A stretch of DNA of 64,000 bases from Octopus sinensis (taxonomy: Eukaryota), in the NCBI RefSeq assembly GCF_006345805.1, contig NC_042998.1, positions 177,134,001-177,198,000 of the forward strand, read 5' to 3'. Of the stretch, positions 1-12,925 are shown in pieces. How positions within the stretch are numbered: the first letter of the stretch is position 1; the number at the start of each line of letters is the position of its first letter. The position numbers and the translations under genes are program-made. Below the pieces are notes generated by a model that worked only from the letters and a program-made list of their open reading frames with translations, had not been told where the DNA came from and did no database searches.

Positions 1-96
1 TTGATAGCCCTGCCTAAGATGTGGGTTGTTCCTAGTAGGGCTATATCTTGGATAGTGTGTTGTATTGTGAATCCAAGTATGACTTCTACACACTTG

Positions 97-98
<2 letters not shown>
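1..98 (-). mobile_element. 3'-terminal fragment of an R4/Dong-clade LINE (end of RLE domain)
   Basis: Minus strand translates HTIQDIALLGTTHILGRAI, matching the C-terminus IQKIALLGTAHILRRTL of the LINE ending near 30110. Confidence 0.6.
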
Positions 99-167
<69 letters not shown>

Positions 168-170
168 ATG
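99..170. repeat. (GT)n followed by (GTCT)n microsatellite
   Basis: Directly visible. Confidence 0.95.
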
Positions 171-424
171 TGTGCATCACTAAAACTCGAGGACACCGAA
201 CCGATTTCATTCAAATTTTACACATGCTTTATTTAGGGTCCATGCAGTGCCATGGGCCCAAAACTTTTTAACTTTTAGCCTAATCCGAGCACGAAGCAAT
301 GTCTTATCTCTTACACTATTATAGTATCACGTATCGAAAGTGAAACAAAAGAATTTCTATTGTAATGTGAGATAATACTTTCACTATTAATACTGAAAAT
401 TTTTAAAGTGGAACTATTATCTCA

Positions 425-478
425 CATATATACATGCATGTATATATATATGTATGTATATATATATATATATGTATG

Positions 479-514
<36 letters not shown>

Positions 515-657
515 TGCATGTATATATGTGTATATACATCTGCACATGTATATGTATATAAATATATATATATATATATATGTATATAAATAGATGTATA
601 TGTATAGATGTATATATATATTATATATAATATATATATATATAATATATATATATA

Positions 658-727
<70 letters not shown>

Positions 728-1199
728 ATATATATATATGTATATATATATGTATGCATGTATATGTATATATGTATATATAGGCATATATATATGTATG
801 TGTGTGTATGTGTATGTGTGTGTGTATCCTAGTATATATAAACGTGTACATGTATATTCAGATATATACATACATATAAATAAATACATATATGTACAGA
901 TATACATTATGTAGCGCGTGTGCATATATACATATACACACGGACACACACACCAACGCACAAATGCACACAGATACATACATCCGATACATACATGCAT
1001 ATATGCATATATATGTATGTATGTATGTATATATAATATATATATATATAATATATATATACACACACATACATATATTATATATATATACATGCATGTA
1101 TATATGTGTATATACATCTGCACATGTATATGTATGTATAAATATATATATATATATATATGTATATAAATAGATGTATATGTATAGATGTATATATAT

Positions 1200-1236
<37 letters not shown>

Positions 1237-1607
1237 GCATATATGTATGCATATATATGTATGTATATATATATATATGTATGTATATATATATGTATGT
1301 ATATATATATATATGTATATATATGTATGCATGTATATGTATATATGTATATATAGGCATATATATATGTATGTGTGTGTATGTGTATGTGTGTGTGTAT
1401 CCTAGTATATATAAACGTGTACATGTATATTCAGATATATACATACATATAAATAAATACATATATGTACAGATATACATTATGTATGCGCGTGTGCATA
1501 TATACATATACACACGGACACACACACCAACGCACAAATGCACACAGATACATACATCCCGATACATACATGCATATATGCATATATATGTATGTATGTA
1601 TGTATAT

Positions 1608-1673
<66 letters not shown>

Positions 1674-1690
1674 ATATATATATATATAGT
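425..1690. repeat. (AT)/(ATGT)/(AC) low-complexity block containing a ~573-bp tandem duplication
   Basis: Anchors recur at ~573-bp spacing: taggcatata at 781 and 1354; cctagtatatataaacgtgtac at 828 and 1401. Confidence 0.9.
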
Positions 1691-1864
1691 AAGAAGGGAG
1701 AGAGAGAGAGAGAGAGGGGGGGAGAGAAAGGAATGGAAATAGAGAAAAAGGTTTGTGAGATAGAATTTCTGTGCGTGTTTCTGTGTGAGTGTAATGCTTA
1801 GCAATGTGATTGGATTTTGTAGTGATAATTATTTGTAATTATAATTGGATGAACTTTTATCATT

Positions 1865-1869
1865 TGTTG

Positions 1870-1908
<39 letters not shown>

Positions 1909-2200
1909 TATTATTATTATCATTATCTTCATTATCACTACTATTATTATTATCATCACCACCACCACCACCACACCACCATCATCATCATCATCATCAT
2001 TATCATCATCATCATCATCATTTGTTATAAATTTTATTATTGTCATTTGTTTTTTTCCTTATTGCTGTTGTATACGTTGTTCCTCTTGTGTTAATTACGG
2101 CTTTGTTGATGTTGTTGGTTTTTGTTGATGGTGGTCGTGGTAGTTTGTTTGAGTCGCGAGTGGTAGTGGTGATTGCCACACAGGTGTTGGTATCTTTTGA

Positions 2201-2287
<87 letters not shown>

Positions 2288-2298
2288 CAATAGTAGTA

Positions 2299-2344
<46 letters not shown>

Positions 2345-2360
2345 CAGTGGTGGTCGTGGT
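1865..2360. repeat. Trinucleotide microsatellite cluster (ATT)n, (CAC/CAT)n, (AGT)n
   Basis: Directly visible; long (AGT)n run about 2201-2345. Confidence 0.95.
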
Positions 2361-3014
2361 GGCACTGGAGGCAGGTGATTTCAGTGGTGTGTAGGAAGGA
2401 GATGGATGTGCTTCAAACGTGTGGCAGCGGAAGTTGTAATGCGGGTGGTTAGTACAAGTGGGAGTGTTGGTCATAGTAGCACACGTGATGAAATTATATA
2501 TGATGTTGGATATTCTTGTTGTTGTTGTTGTTGCTGCTGCTGCTGTTGGTGTTGTAATGACGATGTCTAAGACGGAAACTGAGATGAGGTGTGGTATGAC
2601 GTGGTGTAGTGGCCATATTGATAATCGCCGTATAAGTTGTCATGGCGTTTCTCTATACGGTTGTTATGGTGGCAATTGTTGATAATGATAGGGGTAGAGG
2701 TAGTGTTGGTGATAGTATAAGTAGTAGTCAGTGTGATGCCGGTATAGAAACAGTAATAACACACTCAACATATCTTAGAATTATTGGAAATCCCTCTTAG
2801 CAGCAGGATCACGCTGGAATCTCTGTATATCTGTACACCACTAACGGTGAAGCACCATACAACACCGCTACAAGCATCATAAGCTGATTAACAAACAACA
2901 CTACAGTAAACAATATGGCAGAAAATAAATAAACAACAAATACGACTGTTGTTTTTGTTGTTGCCTTTGTGGTTGCTTTTGTTTTCGTTATTGTTTTTGT
3001 TGCTTTTTTTTATT

Positions 3015-3036
3015 TTTGTTGTTGTTGTTGATGTTC

Positions 3037-3072
<36 letters not shown>

Positions 3073-3430
3073 GTTATGCTGGTGGTGACTGTGATGGCGG
3101 TGGTAGTGATGATGATGGTGATAATGATGGTGGTGGTGGTGGTGGTTGTGATGATGATCATCATAAAAATGATGATGATGATAGGAGGAGGAGGAGGATG
3201 ACGTTGATGATGATAATGGCAGTAGTTGTGGTGGTGGTGGTGTTGGTGGTGGTGTTGGTGGTGGTGTTGGTGGTGTTGGTGTTGGTGTTGGTGGTGGTGG
3301 TGGTGTTAGTGGTGGTGTTGTTGGTGGTGTTGGTGGTGGTGTTGGTGGTGGTGTTGGTGATGGTGGTGTTGGTGTTGGTGTGGTGTTGGTGGTGGTGTTG
3401 ATGATGGTGGTGGTGGTGGTGGTGATGGAG
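3015..3430. repeat. (GAT)n/(GGT)n/(GTT)n trinucleotide mosaic
   Basis: Directly visible; explains the poly-V/H/T/P pseudo-ORFs. Confidence 0.95.
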
Positions 3431-4344
3431 GTGTTGATGTATAAATAAAATGTAGGAATAAGTAAACAATAATAAGAGGAGAGAAAGCAAACCGAAGCAA
3501 AAACCTCTCCAGACAAAAGAAACTCTCAAAGTAAAAAAAAAAAAAAAGGGAGAAATAAGACAAAGAAAAAGCGGAAGGTATGATGTATGTAATGAAGCTA
3601 AGATTGAATGAGATAAAGAATTAACAATAAAATTCATACTTCAACAAGAAAACTTATAAAAGTGAAGAATTTCCTAACGAAAATCAATTAATTCCCACTT
3701 TTGTTAAACCTGCCTCAGTTGGTGTTGACTCAATGGGAATTGACCCAATTTCGCCATTATGTCCATGCTTCTCACATGCTATCTACTATTGGTTTTCTAT
3801 CGTATATAGGTGAGAATTCTACAGAATTCTGCAGCACCTCAGAATTGAAGGTGGAAATAAAAATTTTTGAATCAATGAAATATTATCGCAAACTGTTACG
3901 AATATGTTTATGTTTTGTAACAAGTAACGTTAATTTTTTTTCTTTATGAATTTTTCTTAGAAATATTTCTCACTGTGAATTCTATGTTTTTTGGGGGTTT
4001 TTTTTTTGTAAATTTTGGAATGGTATTTCTTTGTAAGAATCTAGTATTCGAAAAGTTAACGTATGATTCAGCATTGCTTAAAGAAATTTAAACATAGCGT
4101 GTTTGAAAATTTCTGAAGAAAACTTACGGTAAACTGATTTCTGAGATTGTCGATAAGCCTTCTGAGATTTATCGCAGCTAAATAAAAGCAGTTTCTGCTA
4201 ACTTATTAAAGGCCCGTTAAGAAAGATAAATGCTAATTAAACCAACAAACTAAAATAACAATAATTACACTTTAGCGTTGTACAGTAGCAGTTTGCTCTC
4301 GGTAAACTGAATCCACAATCCGGTTTCAATTCATTATTGGAATT

Positions 4345-4565
4345 AAAAATGTGGCAAGCTGGAAGAATCGTTAGTGTGTCGGACAAAATGCAAAGTGGCA
4401 ATTCTTTCGGCTCTTCACATTCTGAATTGAGATTCTGCGTAAGTTGACTTTACCTTTCAGCCACTCGAAGTCGATAAAGTAAGTACAAGTTGATCATTAG
4501 GGTTGATGTAATCGACTGGAACCCTCCCACTAAAATTACTGGCTTTGTGCCAAAATGTGAAACCA
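4345..4565 (+). mobile_element. Diverged SINE (family B, GGCGAGCTGGCAGAA-head type)
   Basis: gtggcaagctggaagaatcgttag...gttgactttacctttcagcc...gtcgataaagtaagtac...gatgtaatcgac is colinear with the young copy at 35997-36227 (minus) and the copy at 38823-39030. Confidence 0.7.
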
Positions 4566-5859
4566 CTGTTGGAACAGTAAATGTTTCACATTTTATATCT
4601 GTAAAACTGGACATACTTGTTGTGGGATGAATAAGCTCGAGAGAAAATAAACTGAAGTAAACTAACTATCCAGAATAACTCCAGCTCTACCATAGCACTA
4701 TGTAGTGGCAGCATGGTCCCAGCCAGCAAAGTTCAACGTCTTGTCTGAATTCACAATAGCAACCACAAATATTTCGCTTATCATTTTACAGTAACGTATC
4801 TGCACAAGTGGACATAGTTGTTGGTCATTAACTCTACCAGACTTAATTGTTTTTGACTCATTACAAGAAGACGGCGATTCAAAGTGCAGAATAACGTGTG
4901 ATCGATACCAGAAGCTTATTTTCCTTAAATTTATTGATGCAGTCTCAGGAATGTCTCCTGTTAATATATCATATCAGAAGCAATCTATAGAAGAATCCGT
5001 AATTACATTATTTAGTTAAACTAACATATTGATCAATAAAATCTTTCTAATTAATATATCGATCTATAGAATCGCTTCCAAGTAATCAATTTGGCTAAAA
5101 TTAAATTAATAGTCCAACGATCCACATTCTATTTCAACCGTACAAGAAATTAAGTGAATATGTACATACTTATCATGCATACATAGAGATACGCAAATAC
5201 ATTAATCACTTGCGTATTTGCATGTATCTGCCAGTAACACTTATTTGATATACATACGAGATATATAATTATTATATGCAGATATAAATCTTACAAGCAT
5301 TTCGCTGTATATACACAAGTCGGACAGACTATGTGAAGCGTGTGAAAGAAGTGTGAAATTGTTTGTAGTCCCTCAGGGTAGAGTATGATTGTCTATCGTA
5401 ACACGGATTGTGAATACATCGAAGCTTTAGCAGTTGAGGAATGAATTGATTATGGCCCATTGGATGACCGATGCTAATTTAACGAGGAGGTCTCTGCCCT
5501 GGCATCGTGGCCTTAAGGCAAAGTTTTACATGTAAATGTAGAGGAGACGTTATGTTGGTTCAAATATATGATTCAAATTAATAAAGTTTGAAATTCTTTT
5601 ATATCCCTGATAGACATAGACCGACCGGGAAAATGTGTTTCAGTAAGATTGGAGGACTTTGGACCCCTCAGATATGATGACCTCTTAAAAAGACGGTGTA
5701 GTGCAGATCTGACGAAGGCATGCAAGCGTAAAGAAAAGAGTATTAAAAATATGAAAGATAATGGATAATAAAAATCTATACTACTCACGCAATTACCGTT
5801 CTTCTATCATCATATACTGCGCACACACGCGTACTCACACGTGCACACACATACAGCTG

Positions 5860-6124
5860 AATATACACGAACGAGCGCGCAAACACACACACGCACACAC
5901 ACACACACTCGTACACACATACGCCCTCATGCATACACATGCACACACACACATACGTACGAACACAAATGGAACAAACATAGAGACTCACATACACTCA
6001 CATACACTCACATGAACACACATGCAAACACGCGCACGTGCACACCATGACACGAATTCACACATACATACATACATACATATATACATACATACATACA
6101 TACATACATACATACATACATACA

Positions 6125-6155
<31 letters not shown>

Positions 6156-6185
6156 GTACATACATACATACATACATACACAAAG
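5860..6185. repeat. (CA)n/(CATA)n microsatellite
   Basis: Directly visible. Confidence 0.95.
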
Positions 6186-7281
6186 CCACGCATGTTCGTA
6201 TACACGTAACTTTCTTCCGATTGAGCGAAAACGCCGGCTCCTAACACATATCATCACTGATGTCTTCGAATTAAGCATCAAGAGTTTATCTGTTTACGAA
6301 GTATTTACCTAATTATGGCCCCATCTCGTTAGTCATGTGCAATTTAACAACAACTTTGACTCAAGTTAGAAACTAATCTCTTTCTGCTTTACACAATTGT
6401 CTTACGAAAAGTAACACATTTATAGAATCAGCATCGTGTAATATAGATGCCAGCTATTGATTAACAGATAATATACGATGTTGATCTATAGAGGCGTTAA
6501 GTTAATAATTCACAGAAGTATCTCATTTCAAAAGACGTTTTGTTGACAAGCGAATACAGAGAATTTCAGACATTTCTATGAAAGAAGATAATGGCTACTG
6601 CGAGTTAACGAAGGAAACAATATGACGACTTGATCTGCAAGAAATGGATGTTATTTCGAACACGTAGTTTGCTTCTTGAGAAGAGAACAGAATCTCTTCT
6701 AAGTTAAACTAAGTTAAGTAGCAGAACATGCATATTTAATTTTTTTATCATTAATTTCATTTTTTCCCCTAGATAAAGTAAAATAAATCACGTCCTTAAA
6801 TCATATATCGTAAGAACGGGAAGGAGGAATTACATAAAGTAGTCGTAGATATCCCCAAAGCCGGATGACTGGGGCTGAAGTTTGTTTGGTCATGGGTCAA
6901 AGACGCATAAATGTAAGAACTCAAAGAATCATAGACGAACACACACACATACACATGCACACACAAACTCATACGAACACATACGGAAATACACACACAC
7001 ATGATCAGGACTGATAAGGGGACTAAATAACAACAACAATGGGTACTCCTTTAGTCAATATCCAAATGTATGGTGAATATTTTCAGTTCAAGGAATTGAG
7101 AAAGCAACACTATTCTTTCGTTAAACTCTTTAGTAATAGCAACTCCTTTATATAGGAGCTAATTCATATATTCATTTGACTTAATCAAAATATTTTACTA
7201 AGTTATAGCCGCAAGTATGACTGTTGGTTAAGAAATTATAGGAGCAGCATTGTGAAAAGGTTTGATAGACGAAAAGTGTGT

Positions 7282-7346
<65 letters not shown>

Positions 7347-7492
7347 GTGCGTGTGTGTGTGCGTATTTTAAAATTCTTGGTGGTCCCCATGACGGCTTTT
7401 TGACAATTGGTTTTGGTTTGTTTTCCTAACTTAGCCATTCGGAAAAACATAAGATACTGATAAAGTAAGTATTTATATGTGTGCATGTGTGA

Positions 7493-7536
<44 letters not shown>

Positions 7537-7562
7537 GTGTGTGTGTATATATACATACACAC

Positions 7563-8150
7563 AATATAAATTAGAGATAAAACCACTATTATGCTACTCA
7601 AACAGTGATAGACATAAACTAAAACATAAATAACAAATAATATATATCTTTATAAAACATATAACTAGATCTCAAAAAGTATAAAAATGAATAATCAATA
7701 TATGATAAGTAAAAAAACTACGTACGTTTCATGGCTACAATCCAGTTCGAATTACAATTAAATTTAAATTTTATTGAAATGGATTCAATTTAAAATTATT
7801 GTCAATCTTCAGGTTAACAATAATAGTTAAATAAATAAGCAAATAGAGTTAAACAATATTTATTTAAAAAATAAATAAAATAATATTTTTTCTTATAGAG
7901 AAATTATTATTTTATAAATGTGTTGTAGGAAACTAACCCTAATGTTTTAAGCTTCAAATTTAGTTTTTATACTTTTTGAGATCTAGTTATATGTTTTATA
8001 AAAATATCGTTATTTGTTATTTATGTTTTGGTTTTTGCCTATTACTGTTTGAGTTGTATAATAGTGATTTTATCTCTAATTTATATTTTATATTGTGAAA
8101 TTTGATTTAATACTAAATTGAATTTTTCCCTGTAAGTTTGGAGATATACT
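7563..8150. mobile_element. Inverted pair of Penelope-like pLTR fragments (foldback)
   Basis: Arms 7563-7687 and 7964-8087 are reverse complements (~125 bp, roughly 88% by eye). The right arm continues into ttatattgtgaaatttgattta...ctaaattgaatttttccct, shared with the repeat at 12530-12600. A hammerhead motif lies between the arms. Confidence 0.65.
7716..7815 (-). ncRNA. Degenerate type I hammerhead ribozyme motif
   Basis: Minus strand: aac-CTGAAGA-(ttgac...tagccat)-GAAAC-GTAC-GTA-gtt; palindromic stem III ACGTACGT; the base pair closing stem II is mutated (T/T). Confidence 0.55.
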
Positions 8151-8167
8151 CCCTAATATTATTATTA

Positions 8168-8221
<54 letters not shown>

Positions 8222-8837
8222 CACACACGCACATTTTTTCGTGATATATTTGAGAAGATATCTATCTAATGAAACCTCATTACATTTACACGATATTTTT
8301 ATTAATTGTTTTTATTAATGGTGTTGAAACAGCTGTAATTTACGAGATGTGACGTTTGTTTGTATAAAATAATAAAAGTGCATTAATGATTAAATTATTT
8401 AATTGTTTTGGTTTCTATTTCTAATTTATATTTATACACGCACGCACACACACACACACACAAACATGGCTACTTGGTTCGATTCATTCGGCTAAAACCA
8501 TGCAAAGTGGTGTCCAGCATGACTAAAACAAATAAAAAAAGAAATAATGAAATAAAAGTTGGATAAAAAAGAAAATTTAGATTTAAGCAATAATCTGAAA
8601 TGTTATAAAACAGCCCCTTCTACGAATGTCATATCTTTACTGTGACTGTCATATTTCCATTTGATTAGAAAATGGTAGATATTTTGAGCTTAAACTTAAT
8701 CTATCCAATTACTATACAGATTTCTTGTTTCTTTCTCAAAAAGCATGAAATTTTATAAGGTTTCTTTCTTTTATTTGTTAAACATGTGTTGTTGGTGAAT
8801 ATGATTTATTTTCTTATGCAACGCTAAATTCAGGTAC

Positions 8838-8882
8838 CTCGTGTAGAGTAGTGCATATATAAGTTATGTTAAGTTCTTCTTT
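8838..8882 (-). CDS. Candidate small exon of an unidentified host gene (KEELNITYICTTLHE)
   Basis: Polypyrimidine tract ttttttttcttgaaag (alternative AG 4 nt downstream, start 8878) and GAG|GTACCT donor; open frame. Could be chance. Confidence 0.2.
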
Positions 8883-9138
8883 CTTTCAAGAAAAAAAATA
8901 CGATTAACACAAGTAAAAGAAAAGTCTTGTTTTGTTGGTAATCCGGCAACAATGGAGTGGTATAGTTAAATGTTGAACCATGTATCTAATTACCTCCATT
9001 TGTATGTTTTCATAAACACATACGGCAGTGTACATGCATACGTATGTGTGTGTATATATATATACATATATATATATATATTTATAAACACACGCACACA
9101 CACACATACACACTCACACACATATAAATATACACACA

Positions 9139-9181
<43 letters not shown>

Positions 9182-9214
9182 TCTCTATCTTCCGTATTAA
9201 TCATTTAAAATATA

Positions 9215-9413
9215 TGCACAGATACGCACATACATACATACATACATACATACATACATACATACATACATACATACATACATACTTGCATGCATGCATG
9301 CATACATACATACATACATACATACATACATACATACATACATACATACGTACATACATATGTGCATGTGTGTATGTGTGTATGTGTGTGAGCGTGTGTG
9401 TGTGTGTGTATGT

Positions 9414-9445
<32 letters not shown>
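9215..9445. repeat. (CATA)n then (GT)n microsatellite
   Basis: Directly visible. Confidence 0.95.
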
Positions 9446-9451
<6 letters not shown>

Positions 9452-9621
9452 TATTTGCCATATTCTATTTGTGTACTATATTTCAGGTATATTCTTTTTG
9501 TCTAATTCACGTCGATATAACGTTATGGCACCAACCACATTCTGAGACACTGTGTACGCTCACTGATTAAATATCTCGCTTAGAGGACCTAAAATTATAC
9601 TGCTTAAGTCGAAGCCCATAT

Positions 9622-9689
<68 letters not shown>

Positions 9690-9902
9690 CATACATACAT
9701 ACATGTATGTATGTATGATGTATGTATGTATGTATGTATGTATGTATGTATGTATGTGTATGTATGTATGTATGTGCATGTGTTGTGTATATATGTGTGA
9801 TATAAAAGTGCGCATTCATCTGTCTCTCTTTCTCTCACTCTCACTCTCTTTCTTACACACACACACACACATTTTTATACATATATTAACTTTTACATTT
9901 GC

Positions 9903-10140
9903 TTACTCTTTTACTTTTTTACTCTTTTACTTTTTTACTCTTTTACTTTTTTACTCTTTTACTTTTTTACTCTTTCACATGTTTCAGTCAATTGGCTGTC
10001 GTCATGGTGGGATACGCCTTTTAGACCCCTGGACTTATTCTTTGTAAGCCTGGTGCTTATTCTATCGGTCTCTCCTACCGAACCACCAGATTACAGACAC
10101 GTAAACACACCATTATCGGTTGTCAAGCGATGGCGGGGGG
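9903..10140 (-). mobile_element. SINE family A, 3' half (duplicated at ~11148-11388)
   Basis: Reverse complement of the family A 3' body (gtttcagtca...ttattctttgtaagcc...ctatcggtctc...ggttgtcaagcgat) with (TTACTC)-like tail. Confidence 0.85.
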
Positions 10141-10391
10141 AGGGAAAGCACCTTTTTTTTGTATAAGCCTGGTACATACACTAACGGTCTTTTTGTGTCG
10201 AACTGCTACGTTATCTATACATTTAAAGAAATATTTTTCAAAAGTTAACAACTTAAAAAAAAAATTATTCAAGCAAAAGAAATGTCACAAACATTATACG
10301 TAAAGGTCTTTCCAAAAGATTTATGACATTTTGCTTTTTACATTAAAAAAATCTTTAAAAAAGTATATTTCTTTAAATATTGTGACAGTAT

Positions 10392-10556
10392 AGGCGTAGA
10401 GGTGGCTGAGTGGTAAGTAGCTTGCTTATCAACCACATGGTTCCGGGTTCAGTCCAACTACGTGGCATCTTGAGCAAGTGTCTTCTACTATAGGCTCGGA
10501 CGACCAAAGCCTTCTGAGTGGATTTCGTCGACGGAAACTGAAAGAAGCCGGCCTTA
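10392..10556 (+). mobile_element. SINE family A, 5' half (tRNA-derived head)
   Basis: ggcgtagaggtggctgagtggtaagtagcttgc...ggttcagtcc (A and B boxes) through gaaactgaaagaagcc; stops at the internal microsatellite. Confidence 0.9.
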
Positions 10557-10601
10557 TGTATGTATGTATGTATGTATGATGTATGTATGTATGTATATAT
10601 A

Positions 10602-10694
<93 letters not shown>

Positions 10695-11638
10695 AATGCG
10701 TTATTTGCCATATTCTATTTGTGTACTATATTTCAGGTATATTCTTTTTGTCTAATTCACGTCGATATAACGTTATGGCACCAACCACATTCTGAGACAC
10801 TGTGTACGCTCACTGATTAAATATCTCGCTTAGAGGACCTAAAATTATACTGCTTAAGTCGAAGCCCATATATATAATATATATATATATATTATATATA
10901 TATATATATATTATATATATATATATACATACATACATGCATATACATACATACATACATACATGTATGTATGTATGTATGTATGTATGTATGTATGTAT
11001 GTATGTGTATGTATGTATGTATGTGCATGTGTTGTGTATATATGTGTGATATAAAAGTGCGCATTCATCTGTCTCTCTTTCTCTCACTCTCACTCTCTTT
11101 CTTACACACACACACACATTTTTATACATATATTAACTTTTACATTGCTTACTCTTTTACTTTTTTACTCTTTTACTTTTTTACTCTTTTACTTTTTTAC
11201 TCTTTTACTTTTTTACTCTTTCACATGTTTCAGTCAATTGGCTGTCGTCATGGTGGGATACGCCTTTTAGACCCCTGGACTTATTCTTTGTAAGCCTGGT
11301 GCTTATTCTATCGGTCTCTCCTACCGAACCACCAGATTACAGACACGTAAACACACCATTATCGGTTGTCAAGCGATGGCGGGGGGAGGGAAAGCACCTT
11401 TTTTTTGTATAAGCCTGGTACATACACTAACGGTCTTTTTGTGTCGAACTGCTACGTTATCTATACATTTAAAGAAATATTTTTCAAAAGTTAACAACTT
11501 AAAAAAAAAATTATTCAAGCAAAAGAAATGTCACAAACATTATACGTAAAGGTCTTTCCAAAAGATTTATGACATTTTGCTTTTTACATTAAAAAAATCT
11601 TTAAAAAAGTATATTTCTTTAAATATTGTGACAGTATA

Positions 11639-11848
11639 GGCGTAGAGGTGGCTGAGTGGTAAGTAGCTTGCTTATCAACCACATGGTTCCGGTTCAGTCC
11701 AACTACGTGGCATCTTGAGCAAGTGTCTTCTACTATAGGCTCGGACCGACCAAAGCCTTCTGAGTGGATTTCGTCGACGGAAACTGAAAGAAGCCGGCCT
11801 TATGTATGTATGTATGTATGTATGTATGTATGTATGTATGTATGTATG

Positions 11849-11929
<81 letters not shown>

Positions 11930-12090
11930 TTGTGCATCTGTGTTTGTCCCCACAACATCTCTTGACAACCGATTGTAGTGTGTTTACGTCCCCGTAAATA
12001 ATAAGTCCTGGGGTCGATTTGCTCGACTAAAATTCGATCTGCTCCAGCATGGCCACAATCAAATGACTGAAACAAGTAAAAGAGTATTAA
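11639..12090 (+). mobile_element. SINE family A, full length
   Basis: Pol III head, internal (TATG)(TA)(TG) tract, 3' body ending aaatgactgaaacaagtaaaagagta. Confidence 0.92.
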
Positions 12091-12139
12091 GTAGTATATA
12101 TATAAATATTGTTAAATGTTTTTCGATTATTTATAGCTA

Positions 12140-12198
12140 ATACACGTATTTTTCTATATTTATTTGATAATTAGTATAAGTTAAGTACATTTATTCTA

Positions 12199-12255
<57 letters not shown>

Positions 12256-12597
12256 GACCTGATGAGTGACTATATTTTTGAATAGAATTAATTTTAGATC
12301 GATTTAAGTTTGAAATCGAAATGATTTTATTATTATTATCTATTTCAAAGTATAGCCACGAAACGCGCGTAGTCTTTTTTCTACTATATACTATTTATTG
12401 TTTATGTACTTTATTGATTTTTAATATAAGGTTTTTATAGTATATATTTTCTATATGGAGTGAATAACGTCATTCACTACGGAATTGTTTAATAGAGGTT
12501 TTTCTCTAAATTATATACATATATTATATATTGTGAAATTTGATTTAGAATTGCTAAATTGAATTTTTCCCTATAAGCTTGAAATTATATTCCCTAC

Positions 12598-12600
<3 letters not shown>
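12140..12600 (+). mobile_element. Penelope-like pLTR / retrozyme-like repeat carrying a hammerhead
   Basis: Colinear with 14335-14690 over ~350 bp; 3' end shared with 8075-8150; contains a hammerhead core. Confidence 0.65.
12255..12375 (+). ncRNA. Type I hammerhead ribozyme, intact core, long stem II
   Basis: agac / CTGATGA (12259-65) / gtgactata...tatagccac / GAAA (12360-63) / C-GCGC-GTA (to 12371) / gtct. Stem I agac:gtct, palindromic stem III ACGCGCGT, GUA cleavage triplet. Confidence 0.75.
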
Positions 12601-12635
<35 letters not shown>

Positions 12636-12764
12636 TATATATATGTATGTATGCATATTTATATACATACATACATGCACACACACATCCACACACATGC
12701 TCTTTAAGACTCTTTGAATTGTTTCAGCTTTAAAGCTGCGGTCATGCTGGGGTACCACCGTCGA

Positions 12765-12925
12765 CTGTGCTACGCCCTTATTTGGAAACCTCCTCTGATA
12801 TGTGACATTTGATGAATGAAGGTGTTTCCTGCTGTGAGGTAGACTCATCTGGAACCCTTGACAGATAATCCAATTTTGTTCTGAAGACACCTACATCTAC
12901 ACCTTGCAGGTCACTCAGGCATATA
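12765..12925 (-). mobile_element. 3'-terminal fragment of a CR1-like LINE
   Basis: Minus frame LSDLQGVDVGVFRTKLDYLSRVPDESTSQQE resembles the CR1-clade ORF2 C-terminus (..FK.KLD..L..VPDEP). Confidence 0.55.

Larger units (their letters stand above)
9441..11925 (+). repeat. ~1250-bp tandem duplication (9441-10690 and 10691-11925)
   Basis: tgtgaatgcgttatttgccatattc begins at both 9441 and 10691. The non-microsatellite sequence is nearly identical; the differences noticed are 1-nt indels. Confidence 0.95.

Noticed and set aside
403-1804. Long ORFs such as the 460-aa frame and similar Y/I/H/T/M/C/V-rich ORFs throughout the window
   Set aside because: They are translations of (AT)n, (CATA)n, (GT)n and trinucleotide microsatellites with no domain content.
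6890-6905. 15-mer tcatgggtcaaagac shared with ~62500
   Set aside because: No extension on either side; cannot be assigned to an element.
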